Positions 30,576 through 41,142 of a stretch of 64,000 bases of DNA are shown here, in pieces. Source of the stretch: an uncultured Methanomicrobiaceae archaeon (GTDB taxonomy: Archaea > Halobacteriota > Methanomicrobia > Methanomicrobiales > Methanoculleaceae). The stretch is taken from positions 1,216,001 to 1,280,000 of the forward strand of contig CAWGXH010000004.1 of NCBI GenBank assembly GCA_963826525.1, written 5' to 3'. The position numbers were made by a program, and so were the translations under genes. The stretch's first letter is position 1. Every line of letters begins with the position of its first letter. The notes beneath the pieces are model-generated. The model was not told where the DNA came from and did no database searches. It saw only the letters and a program-made list of their open reading frames with translations.

Positions 30576-31837
30576 ATGAAACCCCTGGAGCGCGAGATCG
30601 AAGATGCACGGCGGCGACTGCAGGTTATCGGGCAGGGTGCCGGCAGTGATCCTGATCAACGGCGGCTGCAGGCGGATGCTGCTCAGGAACTTGCAGTTGC
30701 CCTCGAGACGATGCGGACCGGCATCGGTACCATGCAGAATCGCTACGAGGAGATGGCGACGGCACTGACCGGAACCGAGGCACGGTGCAGGCACTATCGC
30801 GTTCTCTTCGAGACCGCGCCCGACGCCTCTGTCGTAACCGACCCGGGGTGCATCATCCGTGAGGCAAACCGGAGAGCAGCAGCACTCTTCGGAGCCGATA
30901 GCGACGCCCTGATCGGCACCCCCCTGCTCCGGTTCATCGTGGATGAGGAGGCCGGGGCATTTGCGGCGTGGCTTTGCCATCCGGAAGAGAAGATGGCCGA
31001 ATCCGGATGGGAGACCCTCCTTCTCGCACCCAACCGCGAACCGATCCGGGTCTCCGTCTCGGTCTCGCATCTGTACGACGATCAGGGTGCCCATGCCGGA
31101 TACACTCTGGTGTTTCACGATATCACCCTGCAGAAGGAGCGGGACATCACCGACCAGAAGCATTCGGAGAGGGTGCTCGAGCTCTCGAACCGGAAGCTGC
31201 ACCTCCTTGCCAGTGTGACGCGGCATGATATCCTCAACCAGTCTGAATGTCCTCCTCGGGTATCTCGAACTTGCACAGGGACAGACCGCTGACCCTATCC
31301 TGCAGGAGGTACGTGCGACGGGCGAAGGATGCGGCCTTCGGGATACGCAGTGACATCGCCTTCACCAGGATGTACCAGGATGTCGGCGTCCGCTCACCGC
31401 AATGGCAGACGATGCGCAGGGTGATCCGGCAGGCGCTTGCTTCCCAGACCCTTGGATCGATCGCGGTCGATATCGATATTCCGCCGCTTGAGATCTACGC
31501 TGATCCGATGATCGAGAAGGCTTTTGCAAACCTTCTCGACAACTCACTCCGGCACGGGGAATCGGTCACGCGGATACGTTTCTCCTGCTCGGAGTCGAAG
31601 ACAGGGCTTGCCGTCGTCTATGAAGATGACGGTATCGGGATTGCATACCAGAATAAGGAGCGGATCTTCGATCGCGGATACGGGAAGCAGACGGGTCTCG
31701 GCCTCTTTCTGGTCCGCGAGATCCTCGCAATCACCGATCTCTCCATCCGGGAGACCGGGGTTCCGGGCGAAGGTGCGAGGTTTGAGATCCGGGCTCCTCA
31801 CGGAGTGTACCGGCCTGCCGGAGCATGCGGCGGCTGA
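30576..31837 (+). CDS. PAS-domain sensor histidine kinase (+1 frameshifts near 31242 and 31309)
   Basis: PAS domain (LFETAPDA...), H-box RHDILNQ, N-box NLLDNSLRHG, YEDDGIG and GLGLFL. Confidence 0.88.
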
Positions 31838-31849
31838 CCGTCCCGGATT

Positions 31850-32032
31850 TCAGTCCCGCCCGAGCTCGGTAAGTTTCAACTCTGCGGTGGTGAGAAGGTC
31901 TTCGCACTGCTTCACGAGCAGTGAGCCGCGTTCATAGAGGGCGATACTCTCATCGAGACCGGTATCCCCGTCCTCGATCTTCCGTACTATCTCCCGCAGT
32001 TCTGCGAGCATCTCTTCGTATCTACGCATCAT
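31850..32032 (-). CDS. xseB: Exodeoxyribonuclease VII small subunit
   Basis: YEEMLAELREIVRKIEDGDTGLDESIALYERG...LTTAELK; overlaps xseA. Confidence 0.92.
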   Translation of the reverse strand: MMRRYEEMLAELREIVRKIEDGDTGLDESIALYERGSLLVKQCEDLLTTAELKLTELGRD

Positions 32033-33266
32033 AGTCCAGATCCTCCACGATAACTCTGCTCCGTCCACCCTGCATGCAGAGGACGATCCGATCTCCCGGG
32101 GCGATATCGCGCACGGAACTGACGACCCGGCCGTTCTTTGCGGCGATGCAGTACCCCTGCTGCAGGATGGCCATATGACTCCTGCCCTCGATGCGGGCAC
32201 GAAGCTCTGCAAGGTGCAGCCGGTCACGCTGTATCCTGACGGTTACCGCCCGTTGGAGGTGCTCCTCCTGCTCGGCGAGCCGCTGCATCCGCTCGTTGAT
32301 CCGGCGCCCAAGTCTGGCCGGGTGCATCCGTGCCCGCAGGTCTTCGACCTCCCGCCTCTTCTCTGCGAGCCGCCTCATCAGGTGCGACTGCATCCGTCCG
32401 GCGATCCCCTCCGTCTCCTGTAGCAGCTCCTTTCGATCGGGAACCGCGCGCTCCGCTGCAGCAGACGGTGTGGGCGCCCGCACGTCGGCGGCGAAGTCGC
32501 AGAGGGCGGTGTCGACCTCGTGCCCGACGGCGCTGATCACCGGTGTCGTGCACCCGGCCATGGCACGGACGACATCGGGGTGATTAAAGGGGAAGAGATC
32601 TTCGAAACTTCCCCCGCCGCGCCCGACGATGAGGACGTCGACGAGCCCGTCTATTCTCCGGATTGCCTTCGCGATCTCGCGGTGCGCCGTTTCGCCCTGC
32701 ACCGTCGTCGGCGAGAGGACGATCTCGACCGGGAAACGGCGCGAGACGACGTTGATGATATCCTGCAGCGCTGCGCCTGTCGGAGAGGTGACAACGCCGA
32801 CCCGGGACGGGAACCGGGGCAAGGGGCGCTTCCGTTCCTCTGCGAAGAGCCCTTCCCGTGTGAGCTGTGTCTTCCACTCCTCGATGAGGAGGTGCTTCTC
32901 CCCCCGCCCGGCCGGCAGGATATCCCGGACAATAAGCTGGTACTTTCCGTGCGGCTCGTAGACCTCGACCGATCCCATCACCAGAACGTCCATGCCGTTC
33001 CCCGGCTCAAACTCGAGCTGGCGCGCGAATGTTCGCCACATGACGCAGTTGATGACGGCATTTCCTCTGCCGCTCTGCTCTCCGAGTGAGAAGTACCGGT
33101 GGCCCGAACCGTGATTTTTATAGTTGGTTACCTCGCCCCGCACCCAGATATGCTGCAGGCGGGAGTCTTCAAGGAGGGCGCATATCATCCCCGAGACCTC
33201 AGAGACACGGAGAATCGGCGTTCCGTATAAGTCCGGACGGCCGACGTTGCCTGAGCAGTCCATCAC
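32022..33266 (-). CDS. xseA: Exodeoxyribonuclease VII large subunit
   Basis: WVRGEVTN, GHRYFSL, RGGGSFEDL, SAVGHEVD and RAPTPSAAAE. Confidence 0.96.
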   Translation of the reverse strand: MMDCSGNVGRPDLYGTPILRVSEVSGMICALLEDSRLQHIWVRGEVTNYKNHGSGHRYFSLGEQSGRGNAVINCVMWRTFARQLEFEPGNGMDVLVMGSVEVYEPHGKYQLIVRDILPAGRGEKHLLIEEWKTQLTREGLFAEERKRPLPRFPSRVGVVTSPTGAALQDIINVVSRRFPVEIVLSPTTVQGETAHREIAKAIRRIDGLVDVLIVGRGGGSFEDLFPFNHPDVVRAMAGCTTPVISAVGHEVDTALCDFAADVRAPTPSAAAERAVPDRKELLQETEGIAGRMQSHLMRRLAEKRREVEDLRARMHPARLGRRINERMQRLAEQEEHLQRAVTVRIQRDRLHLAELRARIEGRSHMAILQQGYCIAAKNGRVVSSVRDIAPGDRIVLCMQGGRSRVIVEDLDYDA

Positions 33267-33297
33267 AATCTATTAGACCGATAGTTTATATCAAGTA

Positions 33298-34125
33298 GTG
33301 ACCATGGGTCGTTTCGCCGTTTCGAGCATGCTCTTCCACGAGTATCCCTGCGAGTACATCTTCGACTACGTTGCCGAATCCGGCCTAGACGGCATCGAGT
33401 TCTGGGTCGAGACCCCGCACTTCTGGCTTCGGGGAATGCCCGAGGACGAGCTCAAGCGGTGCATTGAAAACCACCCCGAATTTGCTCCGATCACGCTCCA
33501 TGCGCCCACACTCGACCTGAACCCGACCTCCATCAACCCACGTGTCGCCGCAGCCTCGGTGGAGTATACCGTCGAAGCGATCGAGCTTGCGGAGCGGATA
33601 GGTGCGGGCGTGGTGACGATACATCCCGGAAGGAGGACTGCACGGCGCGTCCCGAGTGCGTATGACTACGAGCGCTTCGAACACTACATCGCCTGCGTCA
33701 GAACCGCGGCGGAGGGAAAGCGGGTGCTCGTCGCGATCGAGAATATGGAACCGAAGGTAAACTCGCTCCTCTACACGCCCGAGGGCGCTTTCGAACTCCT
33801 CGAGCGCGAGCCGTGGCTGCACTTCACGCTCGATATGGGGCACGCCCTGATGGCCTCGGTCGAGGAGACGATCCGGTTCATCGACCTCTGCGGGAATAAA
33901 CTCGTGAACGTCCACGTCAGTGCCACGAAGAACGGCCGGCCGCATTATCCTATCCATTCCGACGGGAACGCGAGGCTGATCCTGGAATCGCTTGCCGCCC
34001 GCGGCTATGCAGGCTACCTCACGCTCGAGCTCCAGGATCTCCATTTCAGCCACGAACTCTCGTCCGAGGAGAAGATCCTGCTGCTGATGAAGGAACAGGC
34101 GGTTCTCCGTGACATAATGGCCTGA
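33298..34125 (+). CDS. Sugar phosphate isomerase/epimerase (AP-endonuclease-2 TIM barrel)
   Basis: TLHAP, IHPG, IENME, LDMGHA and VHVS. Confidence 0.85.
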   Translation: MTMGRFAVSSMLFHEYPCEYIFDYVAESGLDGIEFWVETPHFWLRGMPEDELKRCIENHPEFAPITLHAPTLDLNPTSINPRVAAASVEYTVEAIELAERIGAGVVTIHPGRRTARRVPSAYDYERFEHYIACVRTAAEGKRVLVAIENMEPKVNSLLYTPEGAFELLEREPWLHFTLDMGHALMASVEETIRFIDLCGNKLVNVHVSATKNGRPHYPIHSDGNARLILESLAARGYAGYLTLELQDLHFSHELSSEEKILLLMKEQAVLRDIMA

Positions 34126-34218
34126 TGCGCTGGCTTTATTAGATCCGACTGCGACATTATCTCGTTACAGACGCGTATGAACACCACTGTGATGCGGCCG
34201 TTTTACGGCGTGGAGTAA

Positions 34219-35496
34219 ATGGTAGTCGTAGATATTTTAACTGTAGAAATCATCCTGTTTCTCGCTTGTTTGCTCCTGTCCGGATTTTTCTCAAGTTCCG
34301 AAGTTGCACTGATATCGATCACGCGGGCAAAGGTGCGCGCGCTCGTCAGCCAGGGTCGCAGCGGAGCGGAAGCGCTGGATACGCTGAAGCGATCACCCGA
34401 CCACATTCTGATAACCATCCTGATCGGGAACAATGTCGTTAATGTTGCTGCGGCATCGCTCGCAACCGCGATAGCGATCGGCTTTTACGGCGATGCGGGT
34501 ATCGGTATCGCGACCGGTGTCGTCGTGCTCCTGATGCTGATCTTCGGCGAGATCGGGCCGAAGATGTACGCCGCCCGCAACACCGAGAGTTTCGCGCTCC
34601 GGGTCTCAAAACCGATTCTTCTCCTCTCGCGGGTCCTTTCGCCCCTGCTCTGGGGATTCGACCGTGCGAAGCGGCGCTTCGCGTTCGGCCCGGGGCTGAC
34701 CGAACCTGTCGTCACGGAGGCGGAGATCAAGGAATGGATCGACGTCGGGGAGGAGGAAGGCACCATCGAACAGGAAGAGCGGGAGATGCTCTACTCGGTG
34801 CTCAGGTTCGGCGATACGACCGTCCGCGAGGTGATGACGCCGAGGTTCGATGTCGTCCTGATCGACGATGCGAGCACGGTCGAGAGTGCCGTCACTATCT
34901 TCAACGAGACCGGTTTTTCACGAATCCCGGTCTACCATGAGCATATCGACAATGTTGTCGGGCTGCTGAACGTCAAAGATGTCTTCGCCTCGGTCTTCCG
35001 GCAGCGGTCGAGCGCGACCATCAAAGACTTGATACACGACCCCTACTTTGTCCCGGAGAGCAAGAAGATCGACGAGCTCCTCAAAGAACTGCAGGTGAAA
35101 AAGGTTCACATGGCCGTCGTCCTCGACGAATACGGTTCGTTCACCGGTATTATCACGGTCGAGGATATGCTTGAAGAGCTCGTCGGCGAGATTATGGATG
35201 AGTTTGACGAGGAGGAGCCCGAGGTGCAGGAGCTCGAGGAAGGTGTATACCTCGTGGATGCCCGGACGTGGGTGGAGCGGTTAAACGAGGATCTCCGGAT
35301 CAACCTTCCCGAGAACGAGTCGTACGAGAGCATCGGAGGCCTTGTGATCGACCGCCTCGGCCACATTCCGCGGCGGGGTGAAGTGGTCAAGATCGAGGAG
35401 AGCAATACAACGCTCGTCGTGATGCAGATGCGCGGGAGGAGGATTATGAAGGTAAAGGTGATCCTCTCGCCGTCGGTCGTGAGTGAGTCGCACTAA
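34219..35496 (+). CDS. Hemolysin/CNNM family protein (DUF21-CBS-CorC)
   Basis: SGFFSSSEVAL, FGEIGPK, FSRIPVY and DEYGSFTGIITVED. Confidence 0.93.
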   Translation: MVVVDILTVEIILFLACLLLSGFFSSSEVALISITRAKVRALVSQGRSGAEALDTLKRSPDHILITILIGNNVVNVAAASLATAIAIGFYGDAGIGIATGVVVLLMLIFGEIGPKMYAARNTESFALRVSKPILLLSRVLSPLLWGFDRAKRRFAFGPGLTEPVVTEAEIKEWIDVGEEEGTIEQEEREMLYSVLRFGDTTVREVMTPRFDVVLIDDASTVESAVTIFNETGFSRIPVYHEHIDNVVGLLNVKDVFASVFRQRSSATIKDLIHDPYFVPESKKIDELLKELQVKKVHMAVVLDEYGSFTGIITVEDMLEELVGEIMDEFDEEEPEVQELEEGVYLVDARTWVERLNEDLRINLPENESYESIGGLVIDRLGHIPRRGEVVKIEESNTTLVVMQMRGRRIMKVKVILSPSVVSESH

Positions 35497-35529
35497 AAAG
35501 TGCATGCCGCCGGAGGAGTATTCGTTACC

Positions 35530-36157
35530 ATGTACAGAGATAGAGATGTCCCGAAGAAACGCATCGCCGTCATCGCTTCGGGGCGGGGGTCCAACTTTCA
35601 GGCCGTTATCGACGGTATCGCGTCGGGTTTCATCCCTGCGGTCTGTGTCGGTCTGATCACCGATAACCCGTCCGCATATGCAATCGAGCGTGCGAAGCAG
35701 GCCGGCATTCCGGTCACGGTCGTCGACTTCCGGGAGTTCCGGACCAAACAGGAGTATGAAGATGCACTCCTTGCCGCTATGAGGGGATGCGAGGCCGATC
35801 TCTTCGTCCTTGCAGGGTATATGCGGATCCTCGGGCAGCAGATCGTGCACGTCTTTTCAGGGCGTATGATGAATATTCATCCTGCCCTGTTGCCCGCCTT
35901 TTCGGGCCTGCATGCACAGCGTCAGGCGGTGGAGTACCGGGGTTCGGGTATCGGGATGCACCGTTCACCTGGTGGACGAAGGCATGGACACAGGCCCTAT
36001 CGTCCTGCAGCGGTGTGTGCCGGTGCTCGACGGCGACGATGCGGAGACGCTCTCCGAGCGAATCCTTGCAGAAGAACACCGGGCGCTCCCTGAAGCGGTC
36101 CGGCTCTTCTGCGAAGACCGGCTCTCGGTAGAGGGGCGGCGTGTCCGGATCCGGTGA
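35530..36157 (+). CDS. purN: Phosphoribosylglycinamide formyltransferase (+1 frameshift near 35938)
   Basis: ASGRGSNFQA, LAGYMRIL, NIHPALLP and GCTVHLVDEGMDTGPI. Confidence 0.94.
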
Positions 36158-36228
36158 CCCGGCATCTCCCTACTCTTATATATTCTCTCCCGGCCAAGTT
36201 TTAGGGACCCAGACGATAAGGGGGCAGT

Positions 36229-36552
36229 GTGATGGCAGGGAAGACGCGCAAGATCAATCACAGGAAGATTGCCCGTGAACGGATCGAGGTGCTCTTCCGA
36301 CAGGCAGCAGCATTCCACCCGGAAAATCCGGCGTGGAGTAACCGCTGTGTGGAACTCGCACGCAAGATCGGAATGCGCCACCGGGTGCGGATCGACCGTC
36401 GGTTCAAAAGGCAGTTCTGTCGCCATTGCAATGCGTTTCTTGTGCCGGGAGAAAATATGAGAGTGAGGATACATCGGGGGCGGGTGATCGTCACCTGCCT
36501 TCTCTGTGGACATAGGGCACGATATCCGGTAGTGAGGTCGCAGCATGGATAA
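36229..36552 (+). CDS. rnp4: Ribonuclease P protein component 4 (Rpp21)
   Basis: IARERIEVL, FCRHC...LVPG and TCLLCG. Confidence 0.93.
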   Translation: MMAGKTRKINHRKIARERIEVLFRQAAAFHPENPAWSNRCVELARKIGMRHRVRIDRRFKRQFCRHCNAFLVPGENMRVRIHRGRVIVTCLLCGHRARYPVVRSQHG

Positions 36553-36787
36553 AGAGATGATCCATCATCTGAAGCCCACGATCTGGATCGGGAAACGGGG
36601 CTGCACTGACGTTATGATCGATGAGATCAAACGACAGATCAAGGATCGGAAAGTGATCAAGGTTAAGTGGCTCCGGAACACGGAGATCGATCCGGAAGCG
36701 ATAGCAGCTGCCGCCGGCGCTGACCTCATCAACGTGCGGGGCCGCACGCTGGTGCTTGCAGAGCGGACCTCCCGGCGCTCCAGGTGA
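36545..36787 (+). CDS. YhbY family RNA-binding protein
   Basis: LKPTIWIGKRG...VIKVK...VRGRTLVL; conserved position after rnp4. Confidence 0.9.
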   Translation: MDKEMIHHLKPTIWIGKRGCTDVMIDEIKRQIKDRKVIKVKWLRNTEIDPEAIAAAAGADLINVRGRTLVLAERTSRRSR

Positions 36788-36856
36788 GATTCTCGAAATA
36801 TATAAAACGTCATTGGACGAATATGTAAAGACTGTTAGCGATGGTGAGGATTATCA

Positions 36857-37306
36857 ATGACAACCGTATATGACATTCCTGCTGATATGTTCATTCGGCA
36901 GGTAGCAGAAGAACTGAAGAAAAACCCCGTGGTTCAGCCCCCTGAATGGGCGGCCTTCGCCAAGACGGGAGTACACAGAGAGATGCCCCCCGAAGACCCC
37001 GACTGGTGGTACATGCGCTCCGCATCGGTACTGCGGCGCGTCTATATCGACGGCCCTGTTGGCATCCAGCGGATGCGTAGTTTCTACGGCGGGAAGCGCG
37101 ACCGGGGCTCAAGCCCCTACCAGTTCAGGAGAGGCAGCGGGTCGATCCTGCGCAAAGCCCTCCAGCAGCTTGAATCTGCCGGATACGTCTCGCAGAATAA
37201 GGAAGGGCGCATCGTCACTGCGGCCGGCAGGTCATTCATGGACAACGTCGCGAACAGCGTGAAGGCCCAGGCCGTTGAGGTTGCGCCCGGCCTTTCCAGA
37301 TATTAA
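36857..37306 (+). CDS. rps19e: 30S ribosomal protein S19e
   Basis: PEWAAFAKTG, WWYMRSAS and GSGSILRKALQQLE. Confidence 0.97.
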   Translation: MTTVYDIPADMFIRQVAEELKKNPVVQPPEWAAFAKTGVHREMPPEDPDWWYMRSASVLRRVYIDGPVGIQRMRSFYGGKRDRGSSPYQFRRGSGSILRKALQQLESAGYVSQNKEGRIVTAAGRSFMDNVANSVKAQAVEVAPGLSRY

Positions 37307-37321
37307 CCGGAGGTATGCCTG

Positions 37322-37660
37322 ATGGGAGACGACGAACTCGCTGATCTTCGTCGCCGGAGAATGGAGCAGCTGCAGCGGCAGACGGCGGATCAACAGTCGA
37401 TGGAAGACGAGCTCGAGCGGCAGAAGCAGATGGAATCGCAGGTTCACATGGTGCTGATGCAGATACTCGAACCGGAAGCGAGGGAGCGGCTCAATACCAT
37501 CAAGTTGACAAAGCCGGACTTTGCAAAGGCTGTCGAGCAGCAGCTCGTCATGCTCGCGCAGAGCGGCCGGATACGACAGCGTATCACGGACGACCAGCTG
37601 AAAGAGCTGCTCAAGCAGCTCATTCCCTCGAAGAGAGACTACAAGATAACGCGAAAGTGA
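37322..37660 (+). CDS. PDCD5-like DNA-binding protein
   Basis: DDELADLRRRRM...EARERL...EQQLV.LAQSG..ITDDQLK. Confidence 0.92.
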   Translation: MGDDELADLRRRRMEQLQRQTADQQSMEDELERQKQMESQVHMVLMQILEPEARERLNTIKLTKPDFAKAVEQQLVMLAQSGRIRQRITDDQLKELLKQLIPSKRDYKITRK

Positions 37661-38262
37661 TGAAAGCCGGTGTTCTCTTTTCCGGAGGGAAAGACAGCGC
37701 GCTTGCGGCGATCATGCTTGCACGCGACTACGACGTGGAACTGAACACTTTTGTGTTCGACCCCGGACGGGAGATGCCCAGCGTTGAGGCTGCCGCCGCC
37801 GCACTCGGCCTTCCGTTCAGGAAACGCGTCTTCGGGGCCGATGTCCTCGATGAGGCCGTCGCCCTCGTGCTACGGTGCCGCTACCCGAACGATGCCATCA
37901 ATCTGGTGCATCGAAGGGCGGTCGAACTCCTCTGCGGCGAGTATGCCGTGGTGGGGGACGGCACCCGCTGGCAGGACCGGGTTCCGATGCTGGCAAGACC
38001 TGAGGTGCAGCGGATCGAAGCGCTCTACCGCTGCTCATATGTCCGGCCATTGCTCGGCTATGGAAAACCCGAGGTTGAGCGCCTCGCTGAAAGGCTCCTG
38101 GTGGTGAAATACGGTGAGACGGGAACGATCGAGAACGGTGATTACGAACAGGAACTCCGCTCGACGATCCGTGCCTCTGGGTTCGACCCCGCGACGTTCT
38201 TTCCCGAACACCACCGGCAGTCACTGGTGATCGGTATCACCGACAGATACAAATTGACGTGA
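37657..38262 (+). CDS. PP-loop (adenine nucleotide alpha hydrolase) protein
   Basis: LFSGGKDS motif; conserved position in the superoperon. Confidence 0.85.
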   Translation: MMKAGVLFSGGKDSALAAIMLARDYDVELNTFVFDPGREMPSVEAAAAALGLPFRKRVFGADVLDEAVALVLRCRYPNDAINLVHRRAVELLCGEYAVVGDGTRWQDRVPMLARPEVQRIEALYRCSYVRPLLGYGKPEVERLAERLLVVKYGETGTIENGDYEQELRSTIRASGFDPATFFPEHHRQSLVIGITDRYKLT

Positions 38263-38268
38263 TGAACT

Positions 38269-38421
38269 ATGAGCAAAGTAACAAAAGGCCGGAAGATCCG
38301 GCTGGCAAAGGCGTGCGAGCAGAACCGCCGCGTGCCTGCATGGGTGATGATCAGAACAAACCGGGCCGTCGTCTCGCACCCGTGCCGGCGCAACTGGAGA
38401 AAGAGCACGCTGAAGGTGTAA
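38269..38421 (+). CDS. rpl39e: 50S ribosomal protein L39e (not in the ORF track)
   Basis: Manual translation: [50 protein letters not shown]. Confidence 0.95.
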   Translation: MSKVTKGRKIRLAKACEQNRRVPAWVMIRTNRAVVSHPCRRNWRKSTLKV

Positions 38422-38425
38422 GATC

Positions 38426-38689
38426 ATGGCCGAGATACTCAAAGAACATATTTATGTCGTCCCCCTGCGCGATGTGAAGCGCTCTCCCCGGTGGAAGAGA
38501 TGCAACACCGCTATCAAGGATATCAGGTCGTTCCTTGTGCAGCACATGAAGAGCGAGGATATCAAACTCGACAGCACCATCAACGAAAAGGTCTGGGAAC
38601 ACGGCAGCGAAAAGCCGCCGAGAAAGATTCGCATCCGTGCGATGAAGTTCGAGGACGGTCAGGTCCAGGCCGAACTCGCAGAGGAGTGA
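38426..38689 (+). CDS. rpl31e: 50S ribosomal protein L31e
   Basis: YVVPLR..PRWKR...[17 protein letters not shown]. Confidence 0.96.
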   Translation: MAEILKEHIYVVPLRDVKRSPRWKRCNTAIKDIRSFLVQHMKSEDIKLDSTINEKVWEHGSEKPPRKIRIRAMKFEDGQVQAELAEE

Positions 38690-38690
38690 A

Positions 38691-39353
38691 ATGAGCGGTA
38701 CAACCGATCTTGCCGGTGACCCGAATATCGGTGTGTACGCCCGCGTATTTGAGGACGTCGCAGTCGTATACCCGACGACGCCCGAGAGTTTTCGCTCGGC
38801 GCTCCGGGATGCACTGGACGTCGATCTGCTCGTAACGTCTGTACAGGGGAGCGAGATCATCGGTTCGCTGCTCACCGGCAACAGCCGGGGATTCGTCGTA
38901 AGCGGCCTCATATCGGATGAGGAGCTGGCAGCGCTCGAGGAGTACCGTGATGTGTATCTCCTTGAGGGTTCCATGAACGCTGCCGGGAACGTCATCCTTG
39001 CGAACGATTACTTCGCCGCCGTCCATCCGGATATGGAAGTCGGCGTTGCGGAGGAGATAGGTTCGTTCCTCGGTGTCCCGGTCGCCCGGATCTCCCTCGG
39101 CGGGATTAAAACCGTCGGTATGGCGGGATTCGCCACCAATAAGGGCGTTCTGGTTCACCCGCGTGCAGGAGAGGCTGAGATAGCGGCGCTCGAGCGGGTG
39201 ACCGATCTTCCCATCGGCCGCGGGTCGATCAACATGGGAAGCGGCCTTGTGGGAACCGGCCTTCTTGCCAATACGAAGGGCTACGTTGCAGGTACGTATA
39301 CGAGCGGTTTCGAGCTCGGTCGAATTGAGGAAGTATTTGGGTTTTTGGAGTGA
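38691..39353 (+). CDS. eif6: Translation initiation factor 6 (aIF6)
   Basis: [22 protein letters not shown] and [11 protein letters not shown]. Confidence 0.96.
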   Translation: MSGTTDLAGDPNIGVYARVFEDVAVVYPTTPESFRSALRDALDVDLLVTSVQGSEIIGSLLTGNSRGFVVSGLISDEELAALEEYRDVYLLEGSMNAAGNVILANDYFAAVHPDMEVGVAEEIGSFLGVPVARISLGGIKTVGMAGFATNKGVLVHPRAGEAEIAALERVTDLPIGRGSINMGSGLVGTGLLANTKGYVAGTYTSGFELGRIEEVFGFLE

Positions 39354-39360
39354 CGATTCA

Positions 39361-39552
39361 ATGGAAAATCAGAAGTATGAGGTAGTCGGTGCGGTAAAGA
39401 TCAACAACGCGTGGAAACCCTACACCACCGTTGTTGAGGCTCCGAGTGAGGATCTGGCAGTTGAACGTGTGTTCTGCACCGTCGGGAGCAAACACCGCCT
39501 TAAGAGAAATTATATCAGCGTCAAGACAGTTAACGTAGTAACTGGTGAATGA
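39361..39552 (+). CDS. rpl18a: 50S ribosomal protein L18Ae/LX
   Basis: MENQKYEVVG...AVERVFCTVGSKHRLKRNYI. Confidence 0.92.
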   Translation: MENQKYEVVGAVKINNAWKPYTTVVEAPSEDLAVERVFCTVGSKHRLKRNYISVKTVNVVTGE

Positions 39553-40006
39553 TTGTGGACTCTGTAGATCCCCGTGAGGTCCAGACGCTCCAGATGTACC
39601 TGAACGAGTACGGGCAGCAGATGGAGGTTCTCTCGCAGCAGACTCACTCTGATTGAGCAGCAGAGGCTCGAATCGCTCGCTGCTGTCGAGTCGATCCAGG
39701 CACTCGGACAGGGTGGCGACGGGGAAGTTCTTCTTCCTATCGGCGGCGGTGCGGTCGTGCGCGCGAAGGTGCTCGATCCCGAGCATGTGATGATGAACAT
39801 CGGCTCCGATGTGGTCGTCGAGCGTACCCATGCCGATGCGGTAGAGTATCTTCAGGATCGCATTACCGAACTTGAAGCACTTGGCAAGAAGGTGGCCGGC
39901 TCTCTCGAACAGCTCGAGAGGGCAGGTGAACGAGATCTCCCACAGGCTCGAAGCCGCATATCGGCAGCGAGGTCAGCCACCTCAGCCTGGCCAGGGTGGT
40001 CGCTAG
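39549..40006 (+). CDS. pfdA: Prefoldin alpha subunit (+1 frameshifts near 39640 and 39921)
   Basis: QTLQMYLNEYGQQ..., EVLLPIGGG, MNIGSDVVVE..AVEYLQDRI; sits between rpl18a and ftsY. Confidence 0.9.
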
Positions 40007-40009
40007 GTT

Positions 40010-41142
40010 ATGTTCGATTCCCTCAAAGCGAAGCTGAAAGGTATCCGGAATAAGTTCGGCTCCAGCATAGAGGAGGCCGCAGGGCCGGCTCCTTTGGAAC
40101 CGGCACCAGAGCAGCAGACGGCTGCCGCTCCGAGAGAGTAGCATCCGTGCAGAAGGCTCCTGTTCGCCGGAGATCCCCGGCACGATCGCCGGAGCCGCCT
40201 GCAAAGCCGGCAGAGGCCGCACCGGCACCGCCGAGAGAGGAACGCGACAAACCCTCGTTTTTCAACAAGTTCAAGGTGCTGGTCACCGAGCGCGAGTTTC
40301 TCCTAAAGGAGAAAGATATCGCAGAGCCGCTCTTTGAGCTGGAGATGGTGCTGCTCGAGAACGATGTGGCGCTGCCGGTGACCGACGAGATTATCTCGAG
40401 AATGAAAGAGGAACTTGTCGGGAAGCACCGGAAGATCGGCTCGTCGGTGGACGATCTCGTTCTTGAGACGCTTCGTAGCGCACTCTGCGGCGTGCTCGGC
40501 GACGGGCTTGACCTGCCCGAGTTTATCCGGCAGCACGATCGCCCGGTGAAGATCCTCTTTACCGGAGTGAACGGCACCGGGAAGACCACAACGGTGGCGA
40601 AAGTCGGCCACTATCTCAACAAAAACGGTTTTTCGGTTGTTATCGGCGCCGGCGACACCTACCGCGCGGGAGCGATCGAACAGATCCGGACGCACGCCGA
40701 CCGACTCGGTATCAAGGTCATCCAGCACCAGCAGGGTGCCGACCCGTCTGCCGTTCTCTTTGATGCGGTGCAGTACGCGAAGGCGCACGATATCGACGTC
40801 GTCCTCGCAGATACTGCAGGACGATTCCACAACCGTGCCAACCTGATGAACCAGCTCGAGAAGATCCGCCGGGTCATGAAGCCCGATCTCGTCATCTATG
40901 TCGACGAGGCGGTCGCTGGAAACGATGCGGTTATCAGGGCGGATGAGTTCAACCGGACGGTCGGCACCGACGCGGTCGTCCTGACGAAGGCCGATATGGA
41001 TCCGAAGGGCGGCGCTGCCATCTCCGTTGCCCACACCGTCGGTAAACCGATCGTCTTTCTCGGCACCGGGCAGGGCTACGACGATATCATGCCGTTCGCC
41101 CCGCGCGAGGTTGTGGAAGTACTCCTCGGTGGTGAAGCCTGA
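40010..41142 (+). CDS. ftsY: Signal recognition particle receptor FtsY (frameshift(s) in the N-terminal linker, about 40130-40190)
   Basis: MFDSLKAKLK start, GVNGTGKTT, DTYRAGA, DTAGR and TKAD. Confidence 0.95.

Noticed and set aside
38259-38477. 72-aa ORF between the PP-loop gene and rpl31e
   Set aside because: Wrong frame; the real gene is rpl39e at 38269..38421.
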